Shown here one piece after another: positions 25,556-38,538 of a DNA stretch of 64,000 nucleotides. The stretch covers positions 1,922,001-1,986,000 of the forward strand of contig JAWMAR010000136.1 of assembly GCA_036785375.1 (NCBI GenBank), written 5' to 3'. Origin of the DNA: Leucoraja ocellata (Eukaryota). The notes beneath the pieces were generated by a model. It was not told the DNA's origin and did not search any database. It saw only the letters and a program-made list of their open reading frames with translations. Numbering within the stretch: position 1 is the stretch's first letter; each line of letters begins with the position of its first letter. The translations under genes and the position numbers were made by a program.

Positions 25556-26030
25556 ATAGCCACAAGAAGCTGGAGTAACTCAGCGGGACAGGCAGCATCT
25601 CTGGAGAGAAGGAATGGGTGATGTTGCAATGGCTTGTATCCGAAACGTCACCCTTTCCTTCTTTCCAGAAATGCTGTCTGTCCCTCTGAGAAAAGGGCCC
25701 GTCCCACATGGCCATTTTGCCGGAGTCATATCAGTGTCAGCAAATGATTTTGAACATTTCAAAATCCAGTGGCGACAAAAAGTGGTTGCGACACTTGAAA
25801 AAAACACCGCAGCGTCATACGTCATCAGGACGCATCACCACCGCGTCATATGTCATCATGCCGCGTCACCGCCACGTCATACATTGTCACGCCGCGTATT
25901 TTTAGATTATATGATACGTCAGTCAATGATGCCGGCAGTCGCCGGAAAAATCGCCGTGGGACAGGCCCTTTACTCCAGCTTTTTGAGTCAGTCTTCGTTT
26001 TAAACCAGTATCTGCAGTTTCTTCCTACAC
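25556..26030. mobile_element. Inverted Penelope-derived repeat pair, interrupted by a MITE
   Basis: gctggagtaactcagcgggacaggcagcatctctggagag is mirrored by ctttccagaaatgctgtctgtccctctgag[MITE]ttactccagc. Confidence 0.8.
25694..25969. mobile_element. PIF/Harbinger-type MITE
   Basis: TIRs AGGGCCCGTCCCAC / GTGGGACAGGCCCT, inserted at the TTA of ctgagTTActcc. Interior has repeated cgtca motifs. Confidence 0.82.
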
Positions 26031-26729
26031 GTAAAATTCTCAACAGTCGCCTTTTAAGAAGAATGGTTTGCATTAGGTGGACATTGAATGATCATCATCA
26101 GAGTATCAATTGCTGATTTTGCACAATTGGCACAGACGTGTACTGTAATAAGAATACGATCCACTTAAGCAACTCAGATAGGTAATGATTGAACCAAGGC
26201 ATAGAAACACTATTATTCTATAGTCTGCTGTGTCCAAAAAATTAGGCTTCCACTAGACTTTTGATTGTTATTCTGATATGTGCCATTTACTATACATTTA
26301 TTGACCATATATGCCAGGATTTTATGAGTAGAACAGATAAAAGCATTGAAGCCAAACAATATGTCCATAAGCAAAATATACCATTTTACAATCACAATAA
26401 ATCACAGTCTGCCTTGCAGAAAGATTTAATAACTAGTGTTGTCTCAAGCAGTGATCTGTGAAAAGAATGGGAGATTATAGTCATCCTATTCATTGTGCGC
26501 CGGTTGGAATATGGAACTACACTCTGACAGAGGCAACAAATTCTGCATTTGGCATTTCAATATAAACCATCTGCAGCAGAAGGTTACTGTGCGATTCCTT
26601 TGTTGCAACTCATTTCATTAATTCTATCTAACATTCATATGGCAGTGCCTACATTCTTGCCATATTTAAATATGTTCCACAAATGAGGCAGGCCCTTTCT
26701 GTTGAATATTTGACTGGTCAATTTTCATT

Positions 26730-27342
26730 GAACATAGAACCGTACAGCTCGCGAACAGGGCCTTCAGTCCACAATGCCTGTGCCAAACACATTAAGACTA
26801 ACACTGATTTACCTGCACATAACCCATATTCCTCCATTCCCTGCATATCCATGTGCCGATCCGAATGCTTCTTAAATGCCACTAACCTATTTGCTTCAAC
26901 CACCACCCCTGGTAGCACATTACAGGCACTCACCACTATCTGTGTAAAACACCTCCATATCTCTTTCAAATGTTGTCCCTCTTATCTTAATGCTATGCCC
27001 TCTAGTATTTGATTTTTTTCCATTCTGGGAGAAATACATTGACTGTCTACCCTCTTTATGGGACTCATCATTTGATATACTTCTATCTGGCCTTTCCGTA
27101 ACCTCCGGCGTTCCAGATAAAGTAATCCAACATGTTCCTGTGGTTAATATTCCCAAATGCAGGTATCATTCTGGTAAACCTCCTCTGCACCCTTTCCAAA
27201 TCCTCCACATCCTTCCTGTCATGGGGCAACCGGAACTGCACACAATACTCCAAATGCGGCCTAACTTAAGTCCTATAAAGCAGCATCACGACTTCCTGAC
27301 TCTTATACTCAATGCCCCGACCTATGAAAGCAAGCATCCCAG
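26730..27342 (-). mobile_element. CR1-type LINE 3' fragment
   Basis: Minus ORFs GMLAFIGRGIEYKSQEVVMLLYRT and FTQIVVSACNVLPGVVVEA..FKKHSDRHMD. Confidence 0.88.
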
Positions 27343-28077
27343 GGCAGAGGTCAACAATGTTGAGCTTCCTAAATTCTACTGAAGGTTTGAGTATGACTTT
27401 AAAGAAAGCAGCTTTGTAATACACAATCTCATCATAGGCTGAATTCACCTAGTATCCTGCAAGACTGAAGCAAAATAACCAGGTCTTCTCACCATATTCC
27501 AATTAATACTTGCAAGTTCTGACTTTGCATGTACAGGAAATTGCTAGTTAATATCAAAACACATTAATTACCTGTATTCGCTGTGAAAGTGTTGCAACTG
27601 TGTCTAGGAATTCTAAATTAAACACCCCCAACATTTAATTAAAGTTAGAGTGGAATCACTTATTCGTGTGGTGAAACAAACATTCCCCCGAGTGTAAGAA
27701 CTTGATCAACTGGTTTTTCTGTGTTATTCTGCACAAAAGAACTGTTTCTGGATTAATGATCCTTACGAGTAATTGACCTCCTACAGGTAAACATGATGGA
27801 TTTGTAGCAGTGTTTGCTGCAGAAATTGGAGACCGTTTGTTGCAGTCAATGTTCATATCAATGAAGTACACCATCAAAGATGAACAAAAATCATCTCTGA
27901 CTTATGGGCAGGGAGAGTTTATTGAACATCTGAATAAAGTTTACAAAACCTATGTGTGACCATGACTATAGTTTCAAATGTCTTTACATTTGTAATATAA
28001 ATTAAAAAGTTCATCGTTCCACAATGTGCAATTTAATTACAATGTTATTCTGTCAACCACAAGGCTGCTAAAATTGT

Positions 28078-28505
28078 CATAAGGAATAGGAGCAGAATTA
28101 GGCCATTTGGCCCATCATGTCTACTCTGCTCTTCAATCATGGCTGATCTATCTCTCCCTCCTAACCCCATTCTCCTGCCTTCTCCCCATAACCCCTGACA
28201 GACGTATAAATTAAGAATTTGTCTCTGGCTTAAAATATCAATTGACTTGGCTTCCACAGCCTTCTGCGGCAAATAATTCAACAGATTCACCACCCTCTGA
28301 CTAAAGAAATTCATTTTCATCTTCCTAAATGAACATCTTTTAATTCTGAGGCTATGACTTCTGGCCCTGGACTTTCCCACTAGTGGAAACATCATCACCA
28401 TATCCACTCTATCCAGGCCTTTCACTATTCGGTAAGTAGTTTTGTTCCCCAAAAAAACTCCCCTCAATATCCCTGGCTCCAAGTAAAACAACCCCAGCTT
28501 ATCCT
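28078..28505 (-). mobile_element. CR1-type LINE 3' fragment
   Basis: ORF YRIVKGLDRVD..MFPLVGKSRARSHSLRIK..FSQRVVNLLNYLPQKAVEA. Confidence 0.9.
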
Positions 28506-29114
28506 TTCTTTCCAATCTTAAAATTCATAACTGAATGATATATTTATTGTGCTAGAAATTTTAATTAGGTATAATGACAGAAATTTAGTAAGTGTAAAGT
28601 GTCCATTTTGTTTCCTGGTACTTATTTTGTTGCCAAGTTAGTTGCCCTTCATTGCAACGGTCATTGAGTTTGCTCCATTCTGCTTGGGCCATGACTGATC
28701 ACATTACCACTGTAATTGGACTTGAACAAGAATGATCTGCTGACCTCAACAGATCACTTGTGGCAGCACAAACATGAGCATAATTTATCTGAATCTGTTC
28801 CGTCACAATATGAAAGATTGCTCTAGTTAGTTGAGCCCAGGTGAATGATTACTACATCAAAAATAAACTCAAACAAATTAACACCAATAGGTGACTTGTT
28901 TCCCGAGATAAAAGATGTCACGTGCCAGTGGGAAACTAAGGATTGGCCACTGCAGTGATATTTGGGTTCATCTGAACTAATCTGGTAACTGGGTTACCTT
29001 ATATCACCCATTTGGGTTTGGAACATCAAGAATTCACAATAATGTATGCTGTGGTCCACCCCCAACTAAAGTTGCAAGCAGAGTACAAACTCAACGTTAC
29101 AACAAGTAGCCACG

Positions 29115-29415
29115 TGAGACACAAGAAACTGCAGATGCTGGAATCCTGAGCAAAACACAAAGTGCTCGAGTAATTCAGCAGGTCAGGCAACCTTCTGTAG
29201 CATTATAACAATTAAAAGACATGTGGACGGGTATCTGGATAGGAATGATTTAGAGGGATATAGGACAAATGCAGGAAGGTGGGACGACAATAGATGGAGC
29301 ATTTTGACCGTCCTGGGCAAGATGGACTGAAGGGCCTATTTCCCTGCTGCATAACTAACTTTATCTGTGGAAGGAATGAATAGGAGATGTTTCGGGTCAG
29401 GACCCTTCCTTAGAC
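29115..29415. mobile_element. Penelope-derived repeat (-) interrupted by a CR1 3' tail (+, about 29195-29355)
   Basis: gagacacaagaaactgcagatgctgg...caggtcaggca [CR1 tail] atctgtggaaggaatgaataggagatgtttcgggtcaggaccctt. Confidence 0.7.
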
Positions 29416-30008
29416 TTATTGGATTGGGGAGGGGTCATGTGAAAGTGTTCCTTGTGGTAGTGGCACCCAATACAATAGACATTTTTTGAAAAAAAAGGCT
29501 AATGGACAAACATCACTCCACCAGACAGACTGATTTTATTTAACGTGAACTCACTTGACTGGGCTTTAATGTGACATCAGATCTGACCCACTCATTTTAA
29601 AATGGGGTGGAAGGGGGAAAGGTGGGCAGGGTCAGTGTTGGAAGTAGAATTTTGTCCAATTCTTTATTTAAGGTTCAATGTTAAAATGTAGAAGTTGGAA
29701 TTGTTATATTTGGGGAAGGAAATGCCCACTTTCCCCACTTGAAACCAAAAAAGAACACAAGGGAAGATAAACTCAAATAAATTAACCCACAATTTCCCAC
29801 TTGTAATCAATAGAATATGCGGTGACCTGGAATAAACAGGTGACCCAGTGCCACCTTCAGGCCAGTGGCTGAATTCAATGTTGATCTATTCATTTTACTG
29901 GTCATTAAATAAATACAAGAGTCAGGCATTTTTATAGTGTGGAGCAAAGTTTTAATGCCTCAAGTAACAGAATTTCATTAGACTGGATTGATAAGCATTA
30001 TCAGGTGC

Positions 30009-30247
30009 TTTAGTTTAGTTTAGTGATACAGGGTAGAAACAGGCCCTTTGGCCCACCAAGTTCACGAACCCCGAACTCTAACACTATCCTACCCGCACAC
30101 ACACACGCACTAGGGACATGTAACAGTTTTACCAAAGCCAATTTACATACAAACCAGCACGTGTTTGTAGTGTGAGAGGAAACAGAAGCACCCGGATAAA
30201 ACCCATGCAGATCACAGGGAGAACATACAAACTCCACAGACAGATCA
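30009..30247 (-). mobile_element. HE1/V-SINE-like SINE, 5' truncated
   Basis: (tttag)3 tail, aaacaggccctttggccc, gggagaacatacaaactcc. Confidence 0.82.
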
Positions 30248-30748
30248 CAAAACACAAACACGTCTGTTTAGTACTGTCCTCCATGTCTGTGACATACATG
30301 TTCGGGAAGGTCTCTGGGGATGTGTAATCACACCAAGCAGCATGCAGCAATCCACACATGGTGACTCATGCACAATTTTTCTTTTACCACATATAGATGA
30401 TGTACAAACAGAACGGACCCCGAAAGCTGCAACAGAGATAAGGCCTGTCCCTGCATGAACTAAATGAGCTGTCACTGTAGCAGCTTTGGAGCCAAGCAGT
30501 AAAGATTCTATGACCATGCTTTGACTTTCTTCAGGGAAATTTCTTGTTTAGTCTTCGTATCAGGAATAATTATCCCTAATTGCCGTGATTGGTATCCACT
30601 CCATGTCCATGTTCTCCGTAGCTCCTCAGAACTTTCTTTGCTCCCCACTCCTATTCTCCTGCCAAATTCATCATGCCCCATTGCTGCCTTCCTTGATAGT
30701 CCCCTCATCATGATCTTCCCTTTACTCTCCAATCATCTCCCCAATACG

Positions 30749-30877
30749 CTGAAGAAGGGTCTCGACCCAAAACTTCACCCATTCCTTCCCTCCAGAGATG
30801 CTGCCTATCCCACTGAGTTACTCCAACGTTTTATATCTATCTTCAGTTTAAACCAGCATCTGCAGTTCCTTCCTACA
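30749..30877 (+). mobile_element. Short Penelope-derived repeat
   Basis: ctgaagaagggtctcgacccaaaacttcacc...ccagcatctgcagttccttcctacac. Confidence 0.82.
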
Positions 30878-31878
30878 CCAATCTCTTGGCCTGACTTCGA
30901 ATCGGCCCATTCCCCAGTTTCTCCTCTACTGCCCATATTTCAACCTTAGTTCCATGCCAATTTTATCCCAGCACATTCACATCTCCTTGTCATACATCTG
31001 ATCTCCTGCCCACTATAATCTTTACTCTACTATCCCGAATTTCTACTCAATCCTGCCTTTCATCATCTTGGGGGGAGATATATTTGTGTGTGATTGTAGC
31101 CACTAACCAAACTGTCATGGACTCTCTGCATAGCACCTTAAACTCAAGAAAACCCATGTCAAAGAAGTAACATAAGTAGCATTGATTGTCTCACAGTTTT
31201 TTTCATACAATGCACGAGGGAGTGAAATGCAGGTCAATCCTGCTATTGTGCAATAAAGATAATCCAATGCTCGTTATCGTGTTGAAATCAAGAAGTTCAA
31301 AACATTCTCAGAGATTTAATTATTTTACACAAATTAAACTGAGGAGCCCTTTCCCTCTCCAACCCACAAGCCCTCAGTCTTGTATGGTGCAATCCAACCT
31401 TCTTAATCGAAAACTTAGTATCTCAGTATCAATATATCTTGACTTCTTTGAGACTTTCAATCTTTATAATGTGCATCATTATGGACACATCCTCCATTGG
31501 TCTCAGTATAATTCAGATGAGTTCACATTAGTGATGGCAACATTTATTGAGTCAATGGAGAATGGAAACCAAATCACACTGACTTGAATTGTCTGGCATC
31601 CTGCATATTAGGGAATTTCAGAAATCTATCTATCTTTTCACATATACACACTTTATTCATCTAAAAAAGCACAAAAGATTCAATGTGATGGGGCCAGAAG
31701 GCTTTAATCCTCTCCCAATCACTTGTGTTTAAGATAATTTAAGAACAATACCACATTGCGTACAGGAAGAAGCTCAGCCATAGTAATTATTTCCTCGATC
31801 AATCAATATGATCATGTAATTGATATTCCCCTCATCATGATCCTCTCTTTACACTCCAGTCATCTCCCCAATACTACT

Positions 31879-31906
31879 CTGAAGAAGGGTCTTGACCCGA
31901 AACGTC
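31879..31906 (+). ncRNA. Minimal hammerhead ribozyme core motif in a Penelope-derived repeat (repeat extends to about 31975)
   Basis: CTGAAGA-A-GGGTC(TT)GACCC-GAAAC-GTC: CUGANGA box, stem II, GAAA box, GUC triplet. No clear stem I. Confidence 0.55.
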
Positions 31907-32389
31907 ACCCATTCCTTCTCTCCAGAGATGCTGGCAGTGCTGTTGAGTTAATCCAATATTTTGTACCTACCTTTAATTTATTTTAATATACATTGCCTGT
32001 CCACTAAACAGCATAATTAATCTTTTTTTTCTATAGCTGAGTAACTAATATGATTGCATTTGCATTTTTTTATAGTAGTTTAAATGTGATCGTGGTTTTG
32101 GTTAAAAATAAGCATCAAGTGTATGTTCAGCATGCTTCTCATTAATGGATTTCACTGTTCTATCAGGAAATCCTATTTCACCCAGCAGGAGATTTTCTAA
32201 TCATTGGCACTATTCTCCAAAGCAAATTACATAAAATCTGGCGGCAAGTATTGAACTGGATCATTTAGACCATTGAATTATAAATACGTTATAATTGCTC
32301 GAGTGGAAGAACATTTTTTCCCCTCGTGATTTTCTTTGTTAAAATAATTAGCTGAATTTTAAAAGTATATATAAAATGCTGTAAAGTAC

Positions 32390-32950
32390 ATAGAGACAGG
32401 CAAAACAATAGCAGACATTGATGGGTCTCATCATTATACAGGGCCGTGGTGATACAGCTTGAGTATCATGCCTAGTACTGGTCTATCTATATGTGAGAGG
32501 TATATTTGGTTTGAAGTTGTTCACAAGACTAATTCATGGCATAGCAGGATTGACAAGTGACGAGAGATTGGTTCAACCAGGCCTGTATTCACTAAGGTTT
32601 AAAAGAATGACAGTGTATTGTATTGAATCTACATAATTCTAACGTGTGGACAAATGAAGTGCAGGAAGGCTATTCCTGATAGACCATGGATCTGCCCTGA
32701 ATACTGAAGGGTCAGGGGGAAGCCTTCCAGAACGAGATGAAGATACATTTCCCAAAGAGCGTTGAATCTGTTGAATTCCTTCCCACTGAAAATGGTTGAA
32801 GCCAAATCATTAAGTATAATCAATCAGTAGTGCGAAAGGGATTTCTGAGAACAATGAAGGGATATGGGTGGAAAACTGGAAAGGATATTGAATTTAGATA
32901 ATCGGCTATGGTAAAGCAGGTTAATTGGCCAATTCCTATGTCTATGTTCA
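32390..32950 (+). mobile_element. Old degraded CR1 fragment
   Basis: ggcctgtattcact.agg.ttaaaagaatga and gttgaatctgttgaattccttccca, homologous to younger CR1 copies in the window. Confidence 0.65.
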
Positions 32951-33704
32951 ACCATTTTTTATTACAAGTGACAAACACTTAATGTGAGGGGAGAGTTCTG
33001 AAACACAAGCAGAGAGCTATCCAGCAAACAAGAAAAATACTCACATTCCAAGAGGAATGCTCAGATTTTATTTCAGTAAATATTCCATCTGATGTTATTA
33101 ATTTAAGACGATTCTTTCCCCTCTCTCCCGAGATTCATGCACTTGAATTCGCAATGCGTGATCATTGAATAATCTCCAGCTCGCTGCCCACTCGGAATCG
33201 ATATGGGAAAGTGGACAGGGCCTGCATGCAAATCAGTCTGAGATTCATAGTCATACAGCACTGAAAGAGGCCCGTTGGCGCAACTCGTACATGCAAACCA
33301 AGATACCTCATCTAAGCTGGTACCATTTACCCACATTTGGCCAGTGTACCTGTGCAAGTGCCTTTTACTTTTCCCAATATTTATTCTACAGTCAATTGAT
33401 TCTTCTTAGACTTCAATCAAAGTTGAGCAACATGTTCAGGGAGACAGTTTGTATTCCCCTGGCTGAGGTAAGCTCAGTTACGTAGAGTTAAAGAGAATAT
33501 CAGGGATAAAAATACTTCAAGCTTTTATGCTCTGTGACAATCTTCATACTCCTCACTTATCTCCTCTTCAACTTAACACCATTTCCCATTCCTTTACATA
33601 CATACATACATGGCTAGTAACCTTACATACATGGCTAGTTACCTTTTGAAAGAATCTAAGCTATTTCCCACCACCTCATACCGTGCTCCTGAGTTAGATA
33701 TAAC

Positions 33705-34292
33705 ACAACGTATGCAAGTTGTACAGAGCTCTGGTGAGACCACAACAGGAGTATAGTGTGCAGTTTTACTCTCCCAATTTGAGGAAGGACATCATTGCTG
33801 TTGAGGGAGTGCAATGTAGGTTCACGAGGTTAATCCCCGGGATGGCGGGACTGTCATATTAGGAAAGATTGGAACTACTGGGCTTGTATTCACTGGAATT
33901 TAGAAGGATGAGAGGGTATCTTATAGAAACATATCAAATTATAAAAGGACTGGATAAGCTAGATGCAGGAAACATGTTCCCAATGTTGGAGGAATCCAGA
34001 ACCAGGGGACCCAGTCTAAGAATAAAGGGGATGCCATTTAAAACTGAGATGAGAAAAATCGTTTTCACCCAGAGAGTTGTGAATTTGTTGAATTCTCTGC
34101 CACAGAGGCCAATTCACTGGATGAATTTAAATGAGAGTTAGATAGAGCTCTTGGGGCTAGTGGAATCAAGCAGTATTGGGAGAAGGCAGGCAAGGGTTAC
34201 TGATTGTGGATGAGCAGCCATGATCACAATGAATGTTGGTGCAGGCCTGAAGGTCCGAATGGCCTCCAGCACTTATTTTCTATGATCTATGA
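33705..34292 (+). mobile_element. CR1-type LINE 3' fragment
   Basis: ORF LGLYSLEFRRMRGYLIETYQIIKGLDKLDAGNMFPML..SRTRG. Confidence 0.92.
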
Positions 34293-34680
34293 TATTTCTT
34301 CCCATTTCCCCGTGGATTTGTTTGTGCCTTTGTATTTATTGCCCTTAGCTTTAGGTTTTTCCACATGGAAATGTTCTCTCCATGTTTATCCTGTTCAACT
34401 TGTCAATAGCATCAAAGACGTACAGCAGGACATCTCAAAATCTGTATTGACAAAATAAATCTCCAACTGTTAGATGCTTGCCGGTTGTTATAATCCTTTC
34501 ATTCTGGTAAGGTCTCTGTATGCTGTTAATGCTTTTTCTCGTGTCACTTTGTCCTTTAATAGAATGGAGTCAGAACTGAGTCGCGTTATGTGGGATTACA
34601 TGAACCTTTGTCAATGGTCCATGCTTCTTTCATTGAATTCTCCAACATACTGAGCCAAGGGGCCAGTTACACATTCTACA

Positions 34681-34708
34681 CTGAAGAAGGGTCTCGACCC
34701 GAAACGTC
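34681..34708 (+). ncRNA. Minimal hammerhead ribozyme core motif at the 5' end of a Penelope-derived insert (34680-34778)
   Basis: CTGAAGA-A-GGGTC(TC)GACCC-GAAAC-GTC is intact. Insert flanked by 12-bp TSD TACACATTCTAC (34668-34679, 34779-34790). Confidence 0.6.
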
Positions 34709-35289
34709 ACCCATTCCTTCTCTCCAGAGATGTCCTGCAGAGTTACTCCAGCATTATATGTCTATACACATGTGTCTATACACATTCTACTTGTTCCCTC
34801 CACTTTATATCCGAAATAGATGGCACATCCAGCAGTGCCATATATTAACATTTTCTTTTGTAAATAAATCAAATACATCAGTGTTAAATATTAGCATTTT
34901 TATAAAAAGGGTAAAGCAGTGCTGCAAGAGCATTAGTTCTCAAAGGCCATTGTGATGATGCTGGGGTAAGATGCATTATCCACACCATGAGGTGACCCAC
35001 TCCATTCCCAAGATGGTGGCAGAATCAAGATCTCAGAGAAAAAGAAAACTAGTCCAGCGAGTTGGTGTAGAAAGTCTCTCTCAGTTCTGATGAAGGGTCT
35101 TCAACCTGATATATTAACTGCTTCTCTTTCCGCAGATGCTGCTTGACCTGCAGAGTTTTGATAATGGCACAGAGAAAGTACGGTTCTGCTCACCATATTT
35201 AATTGCTTAAGAGAGAGGGCGCGGGGGAGGTTTGCCTGGAGGGTGCCTTGGTTAGATTGCTTCAGTGCTGAGGAGGGACTCAATAAACT

Positions 35290-35675
35290 GGGTTCATATT
35301 CCTTGGAGCAGACTAGTGGTTGAGGCAGATAAGGTAGTGCCATTTAAGAGCCCTTTGATAGAGGCATACAAAATTGTAGTAGGTGTCTCAAAGTAGAGGG
35401 CATAGACCAGGGTAAGACTAGAGGGGATCTGAGGTGGAGCATTTTCACTCAGAACAAGGCTGAAATTCAAGACATGTTGCCTGAGTAAATGGTGCACGTT
35501 CTTTTGCAACAGTTAGGAAGCATCTAGATAAGCACTTGAATCGCCAACACAGTGAAGACCATGGCCCAAGTACTGGTAAATGAGCTTAGTATGCATAGGT
35601 ACATGATGGACAGCATAGAACAATAGGCCGAAGGGTCTGTTGCCATGCTGTATAACTTGAATCCTTTATGACTAT
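35290..35675 (+). mobile_element. Degraded CR1 3' fragment
   Basis: gggttcatattccttggagcag...tttgatagaggcatacaaaatt...ggccgaagggtctgttgccatgctgta. Confidence 0.7.
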
Positions 35676-35677
35676 GA

Positions 35678-35975
35678 TCATGGTGCAGGGGTCGAGCTGC
35701 TGCTTTACAATGTCGGAGACCCGAGTTCGATCCTGACTACGGGTGCTGTCGGTACAGAATTTGTACGTTCTGCGCGTGTCCTGTGTGGGTTTTCTCCGCT
35801 ATCTCCAGTGTCATCCCACACCTCAAAGATGTTTAGGTTTGTGGGTTAATTGGCTTGGTAAAATTGTAAATTGTCCAGGGTGTGTCGGATAGCGTTAGTG
35901 TGCAGGAATCGCTGGTCAGTGCGGATTCGGTGGTTTGAAGGACCTGTTTCTGCACTGTATCTCTAAACTAAACTA
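35678..35975 (+). mobile_element. HE1/V-SINE-like SINE
   Basis: gagacccgagttcgatcctgactacgggtgctg...ctgtatctctaaactaaact. Confidence 0.87.
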
Positions 35976-38324
35976 GACAAAAATCCAATATGTCTGAGCT
36001 AACTGTGTTCCATAATTTAACTTAAATATTTTTAAGGCCTATGCCACTGGAAATAAATGCTTGACTTGCGCACAATGCTGTTTGCCTCCTTCACTCATTT
36101 ACTTTGCAATTCTGCACTAGTGGTTTATTATTTTCAAAGATGTTGCAGATATTTCTTGTTCTGCAGCCAGCGTAGCATCTAATAACTATCTATGTTAAAG
36201 CTCATTTGCTGTTTAATTACTCAAACTCCCCATTTTGGATCTGTTCTTTTGTTGTATTATTTGCTGTCTTCATCAGTGTTTGCAATAATCTCCAATATCT
36301 TCTGTAAATATTGGTATGGTGTTAATTGTTCTTAAGTTCCAATTATCAATGCAGTTGACAGCAGTGATCCCAATGCTTGATACTTGTGGGATATGCTTTT
36401 CCACTTCCCTCCAGCTTAAGCAACATGCAGTGACTCACTTCCCTTCATTCCTGCCAAGCTAATTTAATATCTGCATAAATTCTTCAACATAAAAGTCTGT
36501 TTGGACAGTAGAGACTTGCTCTCACTCCACTTTTGTGGATCTGAAGGTGACTGATTTGGGATCCTCGACCACTGATGGGTAGTTGGCATCAAATGGGACA
36601 GTTGAGTGGATGTGGGGTTTCGTTCACTCCTGTTGGGCTTCCATGTGCTCCTGATGCATAGATGTCAGCAACTCAACACCATCCTGAAAACCTCTTCCCC
36701 TTTTCATGTGGTTGTGAGCCTCAAATTCATGGGAGTTAGCAGGAACGTTGTATTTATTTCAAGTATACTTCGAGAGGGTTTGAGAATCTTTTCTTCTTTG
36801 TTTCGTGGAATTAACCTTTGCCGCATGTCTGTGTGTTCCCTTATTGAAATTTCCAAGAGTAGGATATCAGGATGCAAATGTCTCCATGATACTACTCATA
36901 GTGAACAGAAGCATCTCACAACCAAAGACATTCAAAGCTGCTCTACCTGTTATTGTTTGTGGAGTCTTATTGTGAACAAATTGACTGTCACATTCCCCAA
37001 CTTTGCAATGAAGGCTCTACTATATTTATTGAGGGCCATTTGTGATTCCAGAACTTCAGCTGGAATACTCTGGTTCTGGAATCACAAAAAGTTCTCAATA
37101 AATGTTGCACAAAGACAGAATACAAATACAGAATATTGCACAAAATCTAGACTGACATTTCACTGCAATGTTGAAGGATTGCTCCTCTATTGATGTGCCT
37201 TCAATACACATTGGTTAAAATAAGTTGAGTGTCTGTCACAGGAGGATCTATCTGGATCCAGATCTTTGGCTGATAAATCCTTGATTTTAGAAGAATGTTT
37301 CATAGTCATCGTATTATCACAGTCTCTCCAATCATGTCACCTATCAAACACCCATTGACACAAATCCCATTCTCTCCTCCCTATGAATTCCCCTCAGATT
37401 CCATAACTCATCAACATGGTGGAGATAATGGAGAGTGGCCAATTAACCCAATGTTTTTTAGCATGTGGGTGGAAGCCAGAATGACTGGATGAAATCCACG
37501 CAGTCACTGGGAGATCGTGCAAACTCTACAAGGACGGCACCCAAGGTCAGGATTGAACCCAGGTCACAGGAAGTATGAGGCAGCACTCTACTAATTTGAG
37601 CGGTGCTGGTCTACTCCTGCCTCCGTTTCCAATGTTCCTCCCAAATTCTGTTGCATGATAATTAATCTCGATGTTTTAAAAAAAAAATCATTAACAGAGA
37701 ACTAAATCATCGGAGTCAGATGGCTACATTGAACTGGCTGTCAAGATGCACAAACAGTTGGTTACATTTCCTTTGTTACCTTCCACTGCTAAAGTATTTT
37801 AATACGTGTAGGCAAAGTGTGAAATTTAAATTGGAGCCGATGTTTTGATATTACTTTTAGGCAATTCTCCAGGCCCCCGTAGAAATATTGGAGGCAATTG
37901 TTCACGGCAGGAAGATACAAATTGAGTTCTACTCGACTAATTGAACATCAGAGTCTCTCTGGAGAGGATGTTCAAAATAAAGTGCTGGCTCTTTAAAATG
38001 ACAAGTGCTCCTGTAATGTTTGCTTTCTATATTAACAATATCCCTTGGATGTAACTGCAATTAAGAAAATTGAAAAATAAATGCAACACACGGGCACATA
38101 TAAACAAGTAAAACCCCTTTGCGTGTGTAGCCTTTTCCTTTTAAGCTGTTATTTCAGTCCTTCACGTCCATGCTTACTGTATGCTATGCTGCAATTTTCT
38201 CAAGCCACAGTGCTCCTAATATTTGGAAACTGATCTTCACCCCTTTTCCCTTATCTTAAACATAAACCCCACACGATGTGTGCTGTGCATAACATGCAAA
38301 TATGTCCAATAAAGTACAATGGGA

Positions 38325-38538
38325 TATAAAATGCTGGAGTTACTCAGCAGAACAGGCAGCATCTCTGGAGAGAAGGAATGGGTGACGTTTTGGCTATAGA
38401 TCCTTCTTAAGTTTGAAGAAGGGTCTCGAGCTGAACCATCACCTATTCCTTCTCTCCAGAGGTACTGCCTGCCCCACTGAGTTACTCCAGCATTTTGTGT
38501 TTACCTTCGATTTAAACCAGCATCTGCAGTTCTTTCCG
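38325..38538. mobile_element. Inverted pair of Penelope-derived repeats
   Basis: aaaatgctggagttactcagc...ctctggagagaaggaatgggtga is mirrored by tcacctattccttctctccagag...ctgagttactccagcatttt. Confidence 0.82.

Noticed and set aside
36870-36900. Minus-strand 'SWRHL' resembling the preceding IgLON exon
   Set aside because: In-frame stop immediately upstream, no GRPEP motif and no suitable splice sites.
36606-37193. 195-aa ORF
   Set aside because: GTG start, no recognisable domain, antisense to the host gene. Expected by chance.
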